Origin: a virus
Taxonomy: Duplodnaviria > Caudoviricetes
IMG/VR virus record: IMGVR_UViG_3300037722_000853
Coordinates: 1-53,903 of that record
Length of the DNA: 53,903 nucleotides
Strand: one strand, 5' to 3'
The position numbers and the translations under genes are program-made. How positions within the stretch are numbered: position 1 is the first letter of the stretch; each line of letters starts with the position of its first letter. The notes under the pieces were generated by a model. It did not search any database. It saw only the letters and a program-made list of their open reading frames with translations, and was not told where the DNA came from. Shown piece by piece: positions 44,239 to 53,482 of this stretch.

Positions 44239-45299
44239 TAGCTGTTTGCTGTGTACTCCACCTCGATGCCCAGCGCGTAAACCACATCATTCAGGGTATC
44301 GTTAGCATGGGTCGCATCGCGGGTGATGCGCACAAATAACATATCGCCGGCGGCCACCGGCACGGCCGTAGACAGCGTACTCACCGTCACCAGTGGCGTT
44401 CCAGGAGCAGCCGTGGCTGCGGCATAATCGGCCGTGCTGTCAATTTCCGCCGCCGTCAATGCGCTCTCGGTCACCGCCCGGCCAATGGTGCGGATGCGCA
44501 GGCGGGCGTTGCCTGTTTTGTCACAAATCCACCACAGCTTCACCGTCAGGTTGCCGCTGTTGTAATCGGCCGGCACCCGGAAACTGCCATAGATTTCACG
44601 CACGGCCGCATCAGCCAGGTTCCAGGAAGGCCAGCCAAATGCCGAAAGCACGTCGGCCCCCAACGTACCCGTGCTAAACAGCGCCCCGGCACTCAGCCAC
44701 AGCCGCCGCGTCCGGTCAACAACCCCGGCAAACTCCCGCCGGTTAGTCAGGGCGCTCACCACCCCGCCGGTGCTGATCTGGTACTGGGCCAGCGGCACCA
44801 TAAACAGCGTGGCTGTATCCACATCCAGTGTCGGTGCCGTCGGCGATCCCGCCTCCGTGCCCTGCAAAATCGCCAGGCGGCAGGTGTAGGGTGGCAGGCT
44901 GCTCAGGCCATCGTAATCCGTCAGGCTGGTGGGGAACACCAGCGCATTGCCGCTGGCAATCCCGGCCGTGCGCGCCACGGCCGTGTTGTTCTCCACCACC
45001 ACCACCACATCGATGCGCGGGTTGGCGCTGGGGCTGGCCGGGCTGAATGTTACGGCCGCGTCAGCCTTCAGCAGGTGACCGTTGCAAATCCCCCAACCCG
45101 TATTTACCTGGATGTCGCTGCCGCTGGGGTTGGTCACCGCCAGCTCGTTCAGCACGTACTCAAACGGCCCCTGGGCGGCCGCGTTGTCGCGCGTGAATAA
45201 AATTTTGTACAGCTCGGCCCACTGGTCGGCGCTGTACGGCCCGCTGTCCAGGTAGCCACTATTTTGATGCTCCGGCTGCGGCCGGCTAATTTGCGTCAT
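44238..45299 (-). CDS. Baseplate upper/tail fibre-like protein
   Basis: IQVNTGWG..NG, NPRIDVVV, PTAPTL..PLAQ; follows Dit. Confidence 0.7.
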   Translation of the reverse strand: MTQISRPQPEHQNSGYLDSGPYSADQWAELYKILFTRDNAAAQGPFEYVLNELAVTNPSGSDIQVNTGWGICNGHLLKADAAVTFSPASPSANPRIDVVVVVENNTAVARTAGIASGNALVFPTSLTDYDGLSSLPPYTCRLAILQGTEAGSPTAPTLDVDTATLFMVPLAQYQISTGGVVSALTNRREFAGVVDRTRRLWLSAGALFSTGTLGADVLSAFGWPSWNLADAAVREIYGSFRVPADYNSGNLTVKLWWICDKTGNARLRIRTIGRAVTESALTAAEIDSTADYAAATAAPGTPLVTVSTLSTAVPVAAGDMLFVRITRDATHANDTLNDVVYALGIEVEYTANS

Positions 45300-45313
45300 T
45301 GTCAATCCTCCGT

Positions 45314-46510
45314 CTAAATGCCCACATAAATATTCCTCCACACCAGCCGCGCCGCACTCACCCCCACCAGGCCGCCGCTAAAGGCAATCTGAATCTGGTT
45401 CACCCGATTGGGCGCCACCGGCGGCGGCTCGATGCCGAATAGGGCCAGGTCGCCGCTGACGTAGGGCATCAGGTTCACCCCAGCGCCGTTACTCACTGTC
45501 AGGTCCAGCGTATTGATAATCACCGTCTCCCCGCTGGCCGCATCATAATCCAGCACAATCTGCCGGCCGGTCCCTAAATGAGTCACCGAAGGATCGCTGG
45601 CCGGGCCATCGACATACACCACCGGCCGCGCCCGCCGCGTGCCCCAATAGGTAATATCCACCGTTTCACCCACCGCCCCGGCCACAAACGCCCAACGCCC
45701 GTTGCCTGTCGTCCGGCCGAACCAGGCCCCAGACCCATCAAACACCAGGTCGCCTACATTGTCAGGAATCACCCAGGTCTGACTCTGCTCCGCGCCATAC
45801 CAAAACGGATCATGAGCCACAAAACGCAGCGCCTCGCGGTAGCCCTGCGGGTAAAACGTGCCCGGCCCAGGGCCGGTATCAAACTGCGGCCCCTGCTCCA
45901 GCAGGCAAAAAATGTCTCGGAACGCTCGCTTGCGTGTGTAGCGCCAGGCCCCGGCCGTGGTTGTCGCCCCGGCATAGGCCGCCGCCAGGATGACGGTGAA
46001 ATCATTCGGCACGCTGCCCACCGTATAATCCACCCCCTCAATGGTGATGCGGCCGCCCGCCTCCAGGCCGCCCTGGTGCAGGAAACGGCCGCTGGCACTC
46101 GTCGCCGTCGTGCCGCCGTTGCTCACCACCAGGTCGCTGCCCCGCTCAACCTTGCCGCCCGGCAGCCACTTGCGATACACCAGCGGGTACACAATGCCCT
46201 CAAAGGATCGTGACGGCCGTAACAAATCCAACAGCCAGTTGCGCCGGTCCCACAGGGTCGTGCGGTGGGCCAGCTGCTCGGCAATCACAATCTGGAAGGT
46301 GCGTGTATCCCAACGCATGTCCAGCGGCGTCTCCCCATCCTGGTACGGGCCACGCTGGGTAATAAAATGCAGCGGTGCCATACCCTGGTTGCGCGCCTCA
46401 CGCAGCTTGCGCGGGTTCAGGCCGAAGAGGTTCAGCAGCGAATACGGCCGGTATGTCCCGCCGCCGTTGGGCACTAAAATCTGGTCGCCTTCAGTCAGTC
46501 CGTCGATCAT
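45314..46510 (-). CDS. Distal tail protein (Dit) with inserted domain
   Basis: Directly after tape measure; RGPYQDG, FVAHDPFWY, ARPVVYVDGP. Confidence 0.75.
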   Translation of the reverse strand: MIDGLTEGDQILVPNGGGTYRPYSLLNLFGLNPRKLREARNQGMAPLHFITQRGPYQDGETPLDMRWDTRTFQIVIAEQLAHRTTLWDRRNWLLDLLRPSRSFEGIVYPLVYRKWLPGGKVERGSDLVVSNGGTTATSASGRFLHQGGLEAGGRITIEGVDYTVGSVPNDFTVILAAAYAGATTTAGAWRYTRKRAFRDIFCLLEQGPQFDTGPGPGTFYPQGYREALRFVAHDPFWYGAEQSQTWVIPDNVGDLVFDGSGAWFGRTTGNGRWAFVAGAVGETVDITYWGTRRARPVVYVDGPASDPSVTHLGTGRQIVLDYDAASGETVIINTLDLTVSNGAGVNLMPYVSGDLALFGIEPPPVAPNRVNQIQIAFSGGLVGVSAARLVWRNIYVGI

Positions 46511-49326
46511 CGGCTCGCACTCTCCATAAAGGCAAATTCCAGCGCCAGGCCGCCCGGCTGGGTTGTGCTCTGGGTTGTCAGGTTAAACTGCCGGTTGTCC
46601 TGGTTGATGTTTGTCGCGCTGCTGCCACCCACCCCCGGCGGAGCAATAGACGAGACGCTGGCCATCATGTCTGACATTGGCGGCAAATCAAACCCGACGC
46701 GCAAGCGGGGCAGCTCCACCTGGCTAAGATGCCGCATCGCCTCACTGATGTAATTGAGCGAGTGGTACAGCGGCGGCGGGCTATCACCCTTCATCCACTC
46801 CGGCACCTCCACGTTCTGCAGCGCGGCCGTCACGTCATCAATCCAGCCCTTCAGGACGCTGAAGGCATCAGATATATAGCCCAACGAGCGCTGCAAATCC
46901 GCCAGCGCCCCATCCACAAAACCCTGGATGATCGGCTGCACCTTGTCTTTGATGAACTCCCACACGGCCGTCAGTACCGGCAAAATCTTTTCATCAAACA
47001 GCCGCCACGCCTCCTGCAGCGCTGGCTGCAGCACGTTTTGCCAGATGCCGGCAAACACCGTCAGCGCCAGGCCAAACACCGTATCCAAAAATTCCTGAAT
47101 CGATTTCAGCAGCGGAAAAACACTTTCGTTCAAAAATTCCCAAACTATCTCCAGCGCCGGTTGCAGCGTGTTCTGCCAGATGTCGCTCAGTTTCTCGGTG
47201 CCTTCGGCCAGCTTCACCGCCAGCCAGTCGCGCACCGTCTCAAAAATCGGGATCACATTGTCCTGAATAAATGCCCACACCGTTTCCAGCGCCGGTTGCA
47301 GCGTGCCCGTCCAAAAACTCACCAGCGTCTCCACCGCCACCGGAATATGCTCAATCAGCCAGCTTACCAGCGTGCCCAGCAGCGGGATGAGCGTCTCGGC
47401 CATAAACTGACCCACGGCCGCCAGCGCCGGGGCCAGGTACTCATTCCACATCCGCGTCAAAAACTCAATCGCCGGCGGAATCACCTCCTGCAGCCAGCTC
47501 CACAACCCGGCCAGCGCCGGTTGCAGTTTCGTTTCCCACTGCTCCACCAGCGAATTGATCACCGGCAGCAAATAATTGTTGAAATAATCCGTGGCAATCT
47601 GGATGGCCAGCGGCAGCGCCAGCTGCAACCATTCGCCAAACTGAGCCAGCACCGGCAAAATGTTTTCCTGGATGAAGGCCCGGGCGTTCTCAAAGGCGGG
47701 CAGCAGCGTGCCCTCCCAGAAGCCCACGGCCGTTTCAATCCCGCCTGGCAAATCGTTAATGAAAAAGTTCACGATGCCTTCAAAAATTGGCGGCAGCTCC
47801 TCGCTGAGGAAGGTCCCCAGACGGCCGAACATCGCCTCAATCTGCGGCCCGTGCTCTTCGATAAACCCGGCAAAACCCTGCACCATTTCGGTGAGAACGG
47901 GCAGGAATTTTTCGCCGATGGCTATCTTGAGCGTTTCGACCGTGCCCCTCATGGCCTCTAGTTGACCATTGTAGGTGGCCGTTCGAGCCGCCATCTGCTC
48001 CTGAAGCGTAGCCGCCTCGGCTGTGGCGGCCGTCATCTCCTCGTACCCTTCTGTGCCCTCCTCCAGGAGACTGATGAGCGCGTTTTTGCCATAGCTGCCA
48101 GCGAGTGTTTGTATATACTCGTTACGCTCGGCCTCCGTGAGCTGCTTGGTTGCCGTTGTTGCCTCACCGGTGATGCTCTCTAGCTGAGCGATTTCGGCAT
48201 TGGCGGCCGCCTGCTGCGTGATGTATTTCTCCAGTTGTTTGTCAGAAAGAACACTAATGCCCGCGCTGTGCTTATACAGTGCGTCGGTGGCCTGCTGGTA
48301 GGCACGCTGCGCCAGGTCGAGTTGGTGGTTTTGCTCGGCCGTGCGGCCGCCAACAACTACAGTCACCTCAGAGACGCCATAGAGCGCTTTTTCCATATCG
48401 GCCAGAATGTCTGGCCACTCCCGCATATTGCCCTCGGCGTCGTACAATTCCACCCCCAGCTCGTTAAGCGCGCCGGTTACCTGAGCAGTTGGTCGCGTGA
48501 GATTGGTGAACATCGATTTCAGCTGCGTCCCGGCCTCGGCTCCCTTAATCCCCCGCGTACTCAAAATCGCCAGAAACGCGTTTGTCTGCTCGATGGGGAT
48601 ACCCGCTGCCGCTGCCGATGGGCCAACGTTCCGGTAAGCCTCAGCCAGATCGTTAACTTCGGCATTGCTGGCATCGGCCGTTTGGACAATGTTATTCATG
48701 GCCTGGTTGAGGAATTCGGCTCGCTCGGCCTCCGTCTCCAACTCGCCCCCCCAGGTGGCAAGCACAACGGTCGATAACTCGGCAGCCTGCGCCTGATCTA
48801 GCGTGCTGGCCGCAGCCAAGTCGATGGCCGCCCGTACCGCACCGCCCAGCTCGGCCGTCCCGGCCATATAGCCATTGAGGTCGCCAAACATCTCGCCTGT
48901 ACTCATGCCGCTCTTGGTTAAAATAGTCATCACTTCAGCGGCGTCAGAGGCGGAGGCTCCCACTAGCTGGGTATCCCCCCCCACCTTTATTGCAATATCG
49001 TGGTAATCATCAAAAGCCAGATTGCTTCCCCGAGCAGCCACTTCCAGAATTGCCATCTGCTCCTGGAAGTCGGCGGCCATGCCCACACTCTCGGCCGTCA
49101 CCGCCACCAGCCCCTCGCCCATGCGTACCAGCCCCTCCACCACCAGCTCAATCCCCCGCGCCGCCAGGTTGCCCAACGCTACCGTAGCAATACCGGCCGC
49201 GCCGCTCATGCCGCCCCAGCTTTTCTCAGTACCGCCAATCGCCCGGTCCATGTCGTCCATCTGCGACATGAAGCGACGAAAGCCTTCAACGGCAACCTCC
49301 AGCCCTAGCTCCTCGGTTTCGGCCAT
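46507..49326 (-). CDS. Tape measure protein
   Basis: TP901-type core (GIKGAEAGTQLK) and 11-residue W/F repeats. Confidence 0.93.
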   Translation of the reverse strand: MAETEELGLEVAVEGFRRFMSQMDDMDRAIGGTEKSWGGMSGAAGIATVALGNLAARGIELVVEGLVRMGEGLVAVTAESVGMAADFQEQMAILEVAARGSNLAFDDYHDIAIKVGGDTQLVGASASDAAEVMTILTKSGMSTGEMFGDLNGYMAGTAELGGAVRAAIDLAAASTLDQAQAAELSTVVLATWGGELETEAERAEFLNQAMNNIVQTADASNAEVNDLAEAYRNVGPSAAAAGIPIEQTNAFLAILSTRGIKGAEAGTQLKSMFTNLTRPTAQVTGALNELGVELYDAEGNMREWPDILADMEKALYGVSEVTVVVGGRTAEQNHQLDLAQRAYQQATDALYKHSAGISVLSDKQLEKYITQQAAANAEIAQLESITGEATTATKQLTEAERNEYIQTLAGSYGKNALISLLEEGTEGYEEMTAATAEAATLQEQMAARTATYNGQLEAMRGTVETLKIAIGEKFLPVLTEMVQGFAGFIEEHGPQIEAMFGRLGTFLSEELPPIFEGIVNFFINDLPGGIETAVGFWEGTLLPAFENARAFIQENILPVLAQFGEWLQLALPLAIQIATDYFNNYLLPVINSLVEQWETKLQPALAGLWSWLQEVIPPAIEFLTRMWNEYLAPALAAVGQFMAETLIPLLGTLVSWLIEHIPVAVETLVSFWTGTLQPALETVWAFIQDNVIPIFETVRDWLAVKLAEGTEKLSDIWQNTLQPALEIVWEFLNESVFPLLKSIQEFLDTVFGLALTVFAGIWQNVLQPALQEAWRLFDEKILPVLTAVWEFIKDKVQPIIQGFVDGALADLQRSLGYISDAFSVLKGWIDDVTAALQNVEVPEWMKGDSPPPLYHSLNYISEAMRHLSQVELPRLRVGFDLPPMSDMMASVSSIAPPGVGGSSATNINQDNRQFNLTTQSTTQPGGLALEFAFMESASR

Positions 49327-49335
49327 CGGCTCCCC

Positions 49336-49899
49336 TTAGCCCTCGCCCTCTGGCTGCGCAGGTGTGGATACGGCCGTATGGCCATTAGCCTGAATTGCCT
49401 TCAACTGCGCCTCCAGCTCGGCAATGCGTGCCGCCTGACCATTGGCCAGCTGCTTCGTTAGTTCGGCAATCGCCTCACTGCCGGGAGCTGGCTCCGCAAC
49501 GGCCGTTTTCTTCTCCGGGAAACTGATCGCCATCACCCGGCCGATCAGCTCGCCGCGCTCCTGCTGCGTGGTAATCGTGCGGATCCAGTTGGCCCGGCGC
49601 AGGTGCGGCTTGTCGGCGGCCGTATCAGCGCTGCCAGCGCCCCCCAACAGTTCCATCAGTTCATTAGCCTTATCCGGTGGATTGGTCACTACCCCCCACC
49701 CGGCACAGTAGGTGAATAGTTTGCCCGTCGCCGCCAGCGCCTGCACCTGCTGCGCTCCTTGCAGCTGTAGAATCCGCTCTGGCTGGCGAATCAACGCCAT
49801 ATCGCCGAATTCCAGCATCAAATCCTGTAGAATCGTTTCCTGTACCGCCTGGAGATGCAGCGTCACGCCGCAGTTGAGGATCATCACATCGTTATTCAT
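49336..49899 (-). CDS. Putative tail assembly chaperone
   Basis: Immediately before tape measure. Confidence 0.5.
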   Translation of the reverse strand: MNNDVMILNCGVTLHLQAVQETILQDLMLEFGDMALIRQPERILQLQGAQQVQALAATGKLFTYCAGWGVVTNPPDKANELMELLGGAGSADTAADKPHLRRANWIRTITTQQERGELIGRVMAISFPEKKTAVAEPAPGSEAIAELTKQLANGQAARIAELEAQLKAIQANGHTAVSTPAQPEGEG

Positions 49900-49940
49900 G
49901 GCTGCTATCGGCCTCCGCGCCCGGCAAAAAACCGGGCATT

Positions 49941-50014
49941 AAACAAAAAGAGGCCATCAGCCTGCTGCAACGCTTCGCTTATGCTTCACGTTCGCGCGCA
50001 AACCAATGGCCTCT
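49941..50014 (-). terminator. Terminator-like stem with large loop
   Basis: AGAGGCCAT/ATGGCCTCT then TTTTGTTT. Confidence 0.6.
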
Positions 50015-50024
50015 CAGGGCTTCT
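50007..50024 (-). promoter_or_regulatory. AGAAGCCCT-GAG-AGGCCA motif, copy 3
   Basis: Overlaps the 5' arm of the stem, as in copy 1. Confidence 0.65.
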
Positions 50025-50044
50025 CTTTATGTCGCGTTGTTAAT

Positions 50045-50104
50045 CGTGAAACGTGAGGCGTGAAACGTGATTCTTCTTCACGTTTCACGCTTCACGCCTC
50101 ACGC
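50045..50104. repeat. CGTGAAA heptamer array with inverted arm, copy 1
   Basis: Four CGTGA units followed by four TCACG units. Confidence 0.85.
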
Positions 50105-50105
50105 C

Positions 50106-50747
50106 CTATTTCATCCTGCTCATCAACCAGCCCAACCGCCGCTCAATCAAAAAGAACGCCACCTCCGCGCTCTGCTCCGGGCCGGTGAGCCTGCCGAACC
50201 GCTCCCAGCTGTACCCACCACTCCGGGCCGCCTGCCGGTCGCGGTAAACCGGTGCGTACTCTGCCGGCGCCCCCGGCACCTTCCAGGCCAGCACCGGCTT
50301 ATCCAGCCACAGCACCCGGAAAGCGGCCGTGGCCTCGTCGATGCCCCGCTGGGTAACGGTGGACAGGTAAAAGACCAGCTCAACCACCGCCTGTAAATCA
50401 AGCGGGTCACCCAACACCCCGGCGCGCAGCCGCCCGGCCGGGTCACTCCGGCTAATCCCCGCCTCCTCCAGCTCGCGTAAATCCACCGATTCAGCGCCGC
50501 TTAGGATGGTCACGGCCGGGGTCACCAGCTCCAGCTGCTCCCGGCCCAGCTGGAGCCAAAACGTCGTCAGCTCAACCTGGTACGCCGGATCGTTCCACAG
50601 TGGCTCCTCTTCCTCGATGCCACCCCATACCTGCACCGTGCGTGTCGGCGGCTCGGGCATCGGCCGTCTGGCCAACAAATTGTCAATGTGCTGGCGGTCA
50701 ATCCGGCCGATTCCCAGCCCGATCCCCGCCTGTGTGGTGTAAATCAT
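50106..50747 (-). CDS. Tail-region hypothetical protein (chaperone-like)
   Basis: Between tail tube candidate and tape measure. Confidence 0.55.
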   Translation of the reverse strand: MIYTTQAGIGLGIGRIDRQHIDNLLARRPMPEPPTRTVQVWGGIEEEEPLWNDPAYQVELTTFWLQLGREQLELVTPAVTILSGAESVDLRELEEAGISRSDPAGRLRAGVLGDPLDLQAVVELVFYLSTVTQRGIDEATAAFRVLWLDKPVLAWKVPGAPAEYAPVYRDRQAARSGGYSWERFGRLTGPEQSAEVAFFLIERRLGWLMSRMK

Positions 50748-50750
50748 CTA

Positions 50751-50801
50751 CGTGAAACGTGAAACGTGAAACGTGAAGAAGTTCACGTTTCACGTTTCAC
50801 G
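50751..50801. repeat. CGTGAAA heptamer array with inverted arm, copy 2
   Basis: (CGTGAAA)3 CGTGAAG then (TTCACG)3. Confidence 0.85.
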
Positions 50802-50809
50802 CATCATTC

Positions 50810-52246
50810 TTAGTTAATCAACGCCGTAATCGGATCATCGGCCGCAGCACCACCCACCACCACCGCCCGGTTTTCATCCACCACGGCAATGGCCCGCAGC
50901 AGCTGCGCCGGGTTGGCCGTAATCAGGCGCACCCAATAACCATCGGCGCCGCCCTCAACATTGCGCCACACCCGCGTATCGGTGCCATCGTTGGCCACCA
51001 GGTAATACACATCCCCCGGCGCGGCCATGATGTCGGCCGCGCTCGGTGTGGCCATCATATCATCCAGCGCCGACTGCTGCGTCCAGCTCTCGCCGCCGTC
51101 GCTCGTTTCCCACAGCTCGCCGTCATCGTTGAGGATCAGCACGTGGTCCTCATCCTCCACCCACAGGCCAATGAGGGCGTCAGCCGCCGACGGCCCGGTT
51201 ACGGCCGCCCACGTCTCGCCGCCATTTTCACTCTTCAGCAGCGCATTAGCTGCGCCACAGGCCCAGATCACCTGGTGGTTATTGCGGTCAATCTGGATGC
51301 GGTTCAAATTCTGCGTGGTCACATTCCCGGCGCTCAGCGTCTCCCAGGTACGGCCGCCGTCATAGCTGGCCCAGATATAGCCGTTGGCGCCGCAGACCAC
51401 AATAAAGGTCTGGTCTACGCCGTCCACCTGCGCCGGCGCATTGGCGGCCCACTCGCTGTAAGTCACCTCTACCCGGCTGGTGCCCCGATCATCGCTGCGC
51501 AGCACCGCGCCCTCGCCGCCGGAAACGATGAGGACAAAATCACCCAGCCCCAGCACGGCCGTGGCCCCGGCCGTTGTCCATTCGGTCAGCTCTACGGCCG
51601 TCCACTGGTCATTGTCGCCGCCAAATTTATTCACATACAGGTACGGCGACCCGGCCGCCACCAGCGTGCTCACCGCATACAGCAGCGCCCCCTCTTCGGG
51701 GTCAATGTCCTCACCGCGAGCCACCGCCACGTCCACCAAAGACAACGCCTGGGTAATCGCCTCGCTGGTCTCCAGCGTCACCCGGTAGATGTCAATTTCA
51801 TCCAGCCCCACAAACGGCAGCGTCACCATGCCCTCTTCCTCGCCTTCCCAGGTCGAGGCGGGTGTGGTCCGGCCGCTGGCCTTACACCACACCTTGCGGA
51901 TGATTTCCGTCCAGGCATCGGGTGCATCCCGGTCGCGGCCTTCCACGTGCAGCCGTTTGTCAATGTGGTAGAAAAAGCGCTTCAGCTCAGACTTTTTGCG
52001 GCTGGCCTGCACGTCCTTCATCATCAGGTCAAAACTCACCGTGCCCGGCGCTTCTAGCAAAATCGAATCCCGCTCGATGCCGCCGCGCGGGTTCTGCCGC
52101 GTGGTCACGCTGGCCCCGCCCAGCTCGTCCTGGCTCTCACCCAGGCGCATCTGCCGACCGCCCCACTCAAAGCGGCCGAATGTCCCGGCTTTCTTTAGAT
52201 AAACGGTCCCCGCCTGGGTCACCCAGACATTAGTTTTCAGGCTCAT
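50810..52246 (-). CDS. Putative major tail protein fused to a BNR/Asp-box beta-propeller
   Basis: RSDDRGTS, SYDGGRTW, SENGGETW, TSDGGESW; AGGAGG RBS; occupies the tail-tube slot. Confidence 0.6.
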   Translation of the reverse strand: MSLKTNVWVTQAGTVYLKKAGTFGRFEWGGRQMRLGESQDELGGASVTTRQNPRGGIERDSILLEAPGTVSFDLMMKDVQASRKKSELKRFFYHIDKRLHVEGRDRDAPDAWTEIIRKVWCKASGRTTPASTWEGEEEGMVTLPFVGLDEIDIYRVTLETSEAITQALSLVDVAVARGEDIDPEEGALLYAVSTLVAAGSPYLYVNKFGGDNDQWTAVELTEWTTAGATAVLGLGDFVLIVSGGEGAVLRSDDRGTSRVEVTYSEWAANAPAQVDGVDQTFIVVCGANGYIWASYDGGRTWETLSAGNVTTQNLNRIQIDRNNHQVIWACGAANALLKSENGGETWAAVTGPSAADALIGLWVEDEDHVLILNDDGELWETSDGGESWTQQSALDDMMATPSAADIMAAPGDVYYLVANDGTDTRVWRNVEGGADGYWVRLITANPAQLLRAIAVVDENRAVVVGGAAADDPITALIN

Positions 52247-52520
52247 TGTCGCCTCCTGTGTTAGGTTCAGATTCAACGGCCGCCAACGCCGCCAGATGGC
52301 TTTCTACATCCGCCTTGGTGATACGGCCGTCCACGCCGCTGCCGGCAACGCCGGCCAGGTCAAGCTCGTGTTCGGCCGCCAGTTTTACGGCCGTATCGGT
52401 GGCATTCGGTTCGGCAGGCTCACCGACCGAACCCCGAGCTTGTCGAGGGGTGGCCTCCTGCGCCGCCAGTTCGCTGGCCAATGTCGGTTTTTTGGCTCGA
52501 TAGCCGATGGGTCGTGGCAT
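52230..52520 (-). CDS. E3-binding domain protein (second gene)
   Basis: NATDTAVKLAAEHELDLAGVAGSGVDGRITKADV. Confidence 0.8.
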   Translation of the reverse strand: MPRPIGYRAKKPTLASELAAQEATPRQARGSVGEPAEPNATDTAVKLAAEHELDLAGVAGSGVDGRITKADVESHLAALAAVESEPNTGGDNEPEN

Positions 52521-52523
52521 GGT

Positions 52524-53033
52524 TCACCTCAATGCGCGCCGGAAAGCCGCTTCCATCACGCGCTCAAATTCAGATTCATACTCTTTAGCGATCTTCGCCT
52601 CAAAATTACGCGGCTCCGTACCCGGGTGCTGCACCGAGCGCGCCGCCACCGTGGGGCCTGGCGCGATCCCTGGTCCCCCGTAGCCCCCGCCCGGCTGTGT
52701 CTTGGCCTCGTACGGCCCGCCGGGGAAAAATAGCGTTGGATTGCCCTCGATGCGATGCGGCCGTGTCCTCAGGGTCACAAAGCCGTAAATCTCCACCGCC
52801 CGGGCATTGCCGCCCGGATGCACCAGCATACTGATGCTGTCCAGGCGGTTGTTGCGACGGCCGAAAAAGCGCGGCTTGTTGGTCCAGTCAGCCACTACCA
52901 GGCCGAACCGCTTCACCAGCTCCTGTTTCACCGGGCCGCTGAGCGTCTGATCAATCTCTCGCCGGATCTCCGAACCCTTATTAAATTTCCGGTGTTCTCG
53001 GTGGGCCGTAAAGCGGATCGAGGGATTGGCCAT
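52524..53033 (-). CDS. HK97 gp10-like neck/tail completion protein
   Basis: TRPHRI...LFF...SVQHPGTEP. Confidence 0.7.
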   Translation of the reverse strand: MANPSIRFTAHREHRKFNKGSEIRREIDQTLSGPVKQELVKRFGLVVADWTNKPRFFGRRNNRLDSISMLVHPGGNARAVEIYGFVTLRTRPHRIEGNPTLFFPGGPYEAKTQPGGGYGGPGIAPGPTVAARSVQHPGTEPRNFEAKIAKEYESEFERVMEAAFRRALR

Positions 53034-53482
53034 CAGGTGCCCTCCCGCTGCCGCCGGTTATCAATAATCCGGGCCGCGTTGCGCTCCGTCAGCGCCAGCT
53101 CGGCCACACCAAAGGCCGGGTGGGCTTTGGCCGTCTCGCCCTGGCACAGCTCAATCTGTCCGGTCCGGATCAGCTCCAGCTGATCACGCAGATATTCGTT
53201 GTACGTCGTGCGCTGCTCCGGGCTCAGCCGCACGGCCGGAATATTAAACATCACCGCCGCGCCCACCATGTTGAGCTCCTTCAGGTACTCGGTGGCCCAG
53301 GCCGCCAGCGTGCAGTCGCACTGCCCGCTGGCCTGCATCGCCGCGTGGATCCGTCCGGCCGATTTCACCAGCAAGGCGTTCAACTCGGCCGTGGCATCCG
53401 CGTCACTGGCCAGGCCGAAATCGTAATACCATTGTGTTTCAAATTCGGCCGCCGTAGCGTAGGCCGTCCCGTCACAACTCAT
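53033..53482 (-). CDS. Head-tail adaptor-like protein
   Basis: YATAAEF start, helical, LELIRTGQIEL (Mu gp36-like ending). Confidence 0.65.
   Translation of the reverse strand: MSCDGTAYATAAEFETQWYYDFGLASDADATAELNALLVKSAGRIHAAMQASGQCDCTLAAWATEYLKELNMVGAAVMFNIPAVRLSPEQRTTYNEYLRDQLELIRTGQIELCQGETAKAHPAFGVAELALTERNAARIIDNRRQREGT

Larger units (their letters stand above)
1..53246. mobile_element. Temperate siphovirus genome (circular/excised form, permuted)
   Basis: Terminase, portal, capsid, tape measure, lysis, integrase and attP all present; 1-127 identical to 53247-53373. Confidence 0.93.

Noticed and set aside
46900-47800. Repetitive DNA in the tape measure gene
   Set aside because: Ordinary 11/22-residue tape-measure repeats
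49336-50747. Classic tail-chaperone programmed frameshift
   Set aside because: The two ORFs are separated by about 200 bp with a terminator-like stem; no convincing slippery site joins them
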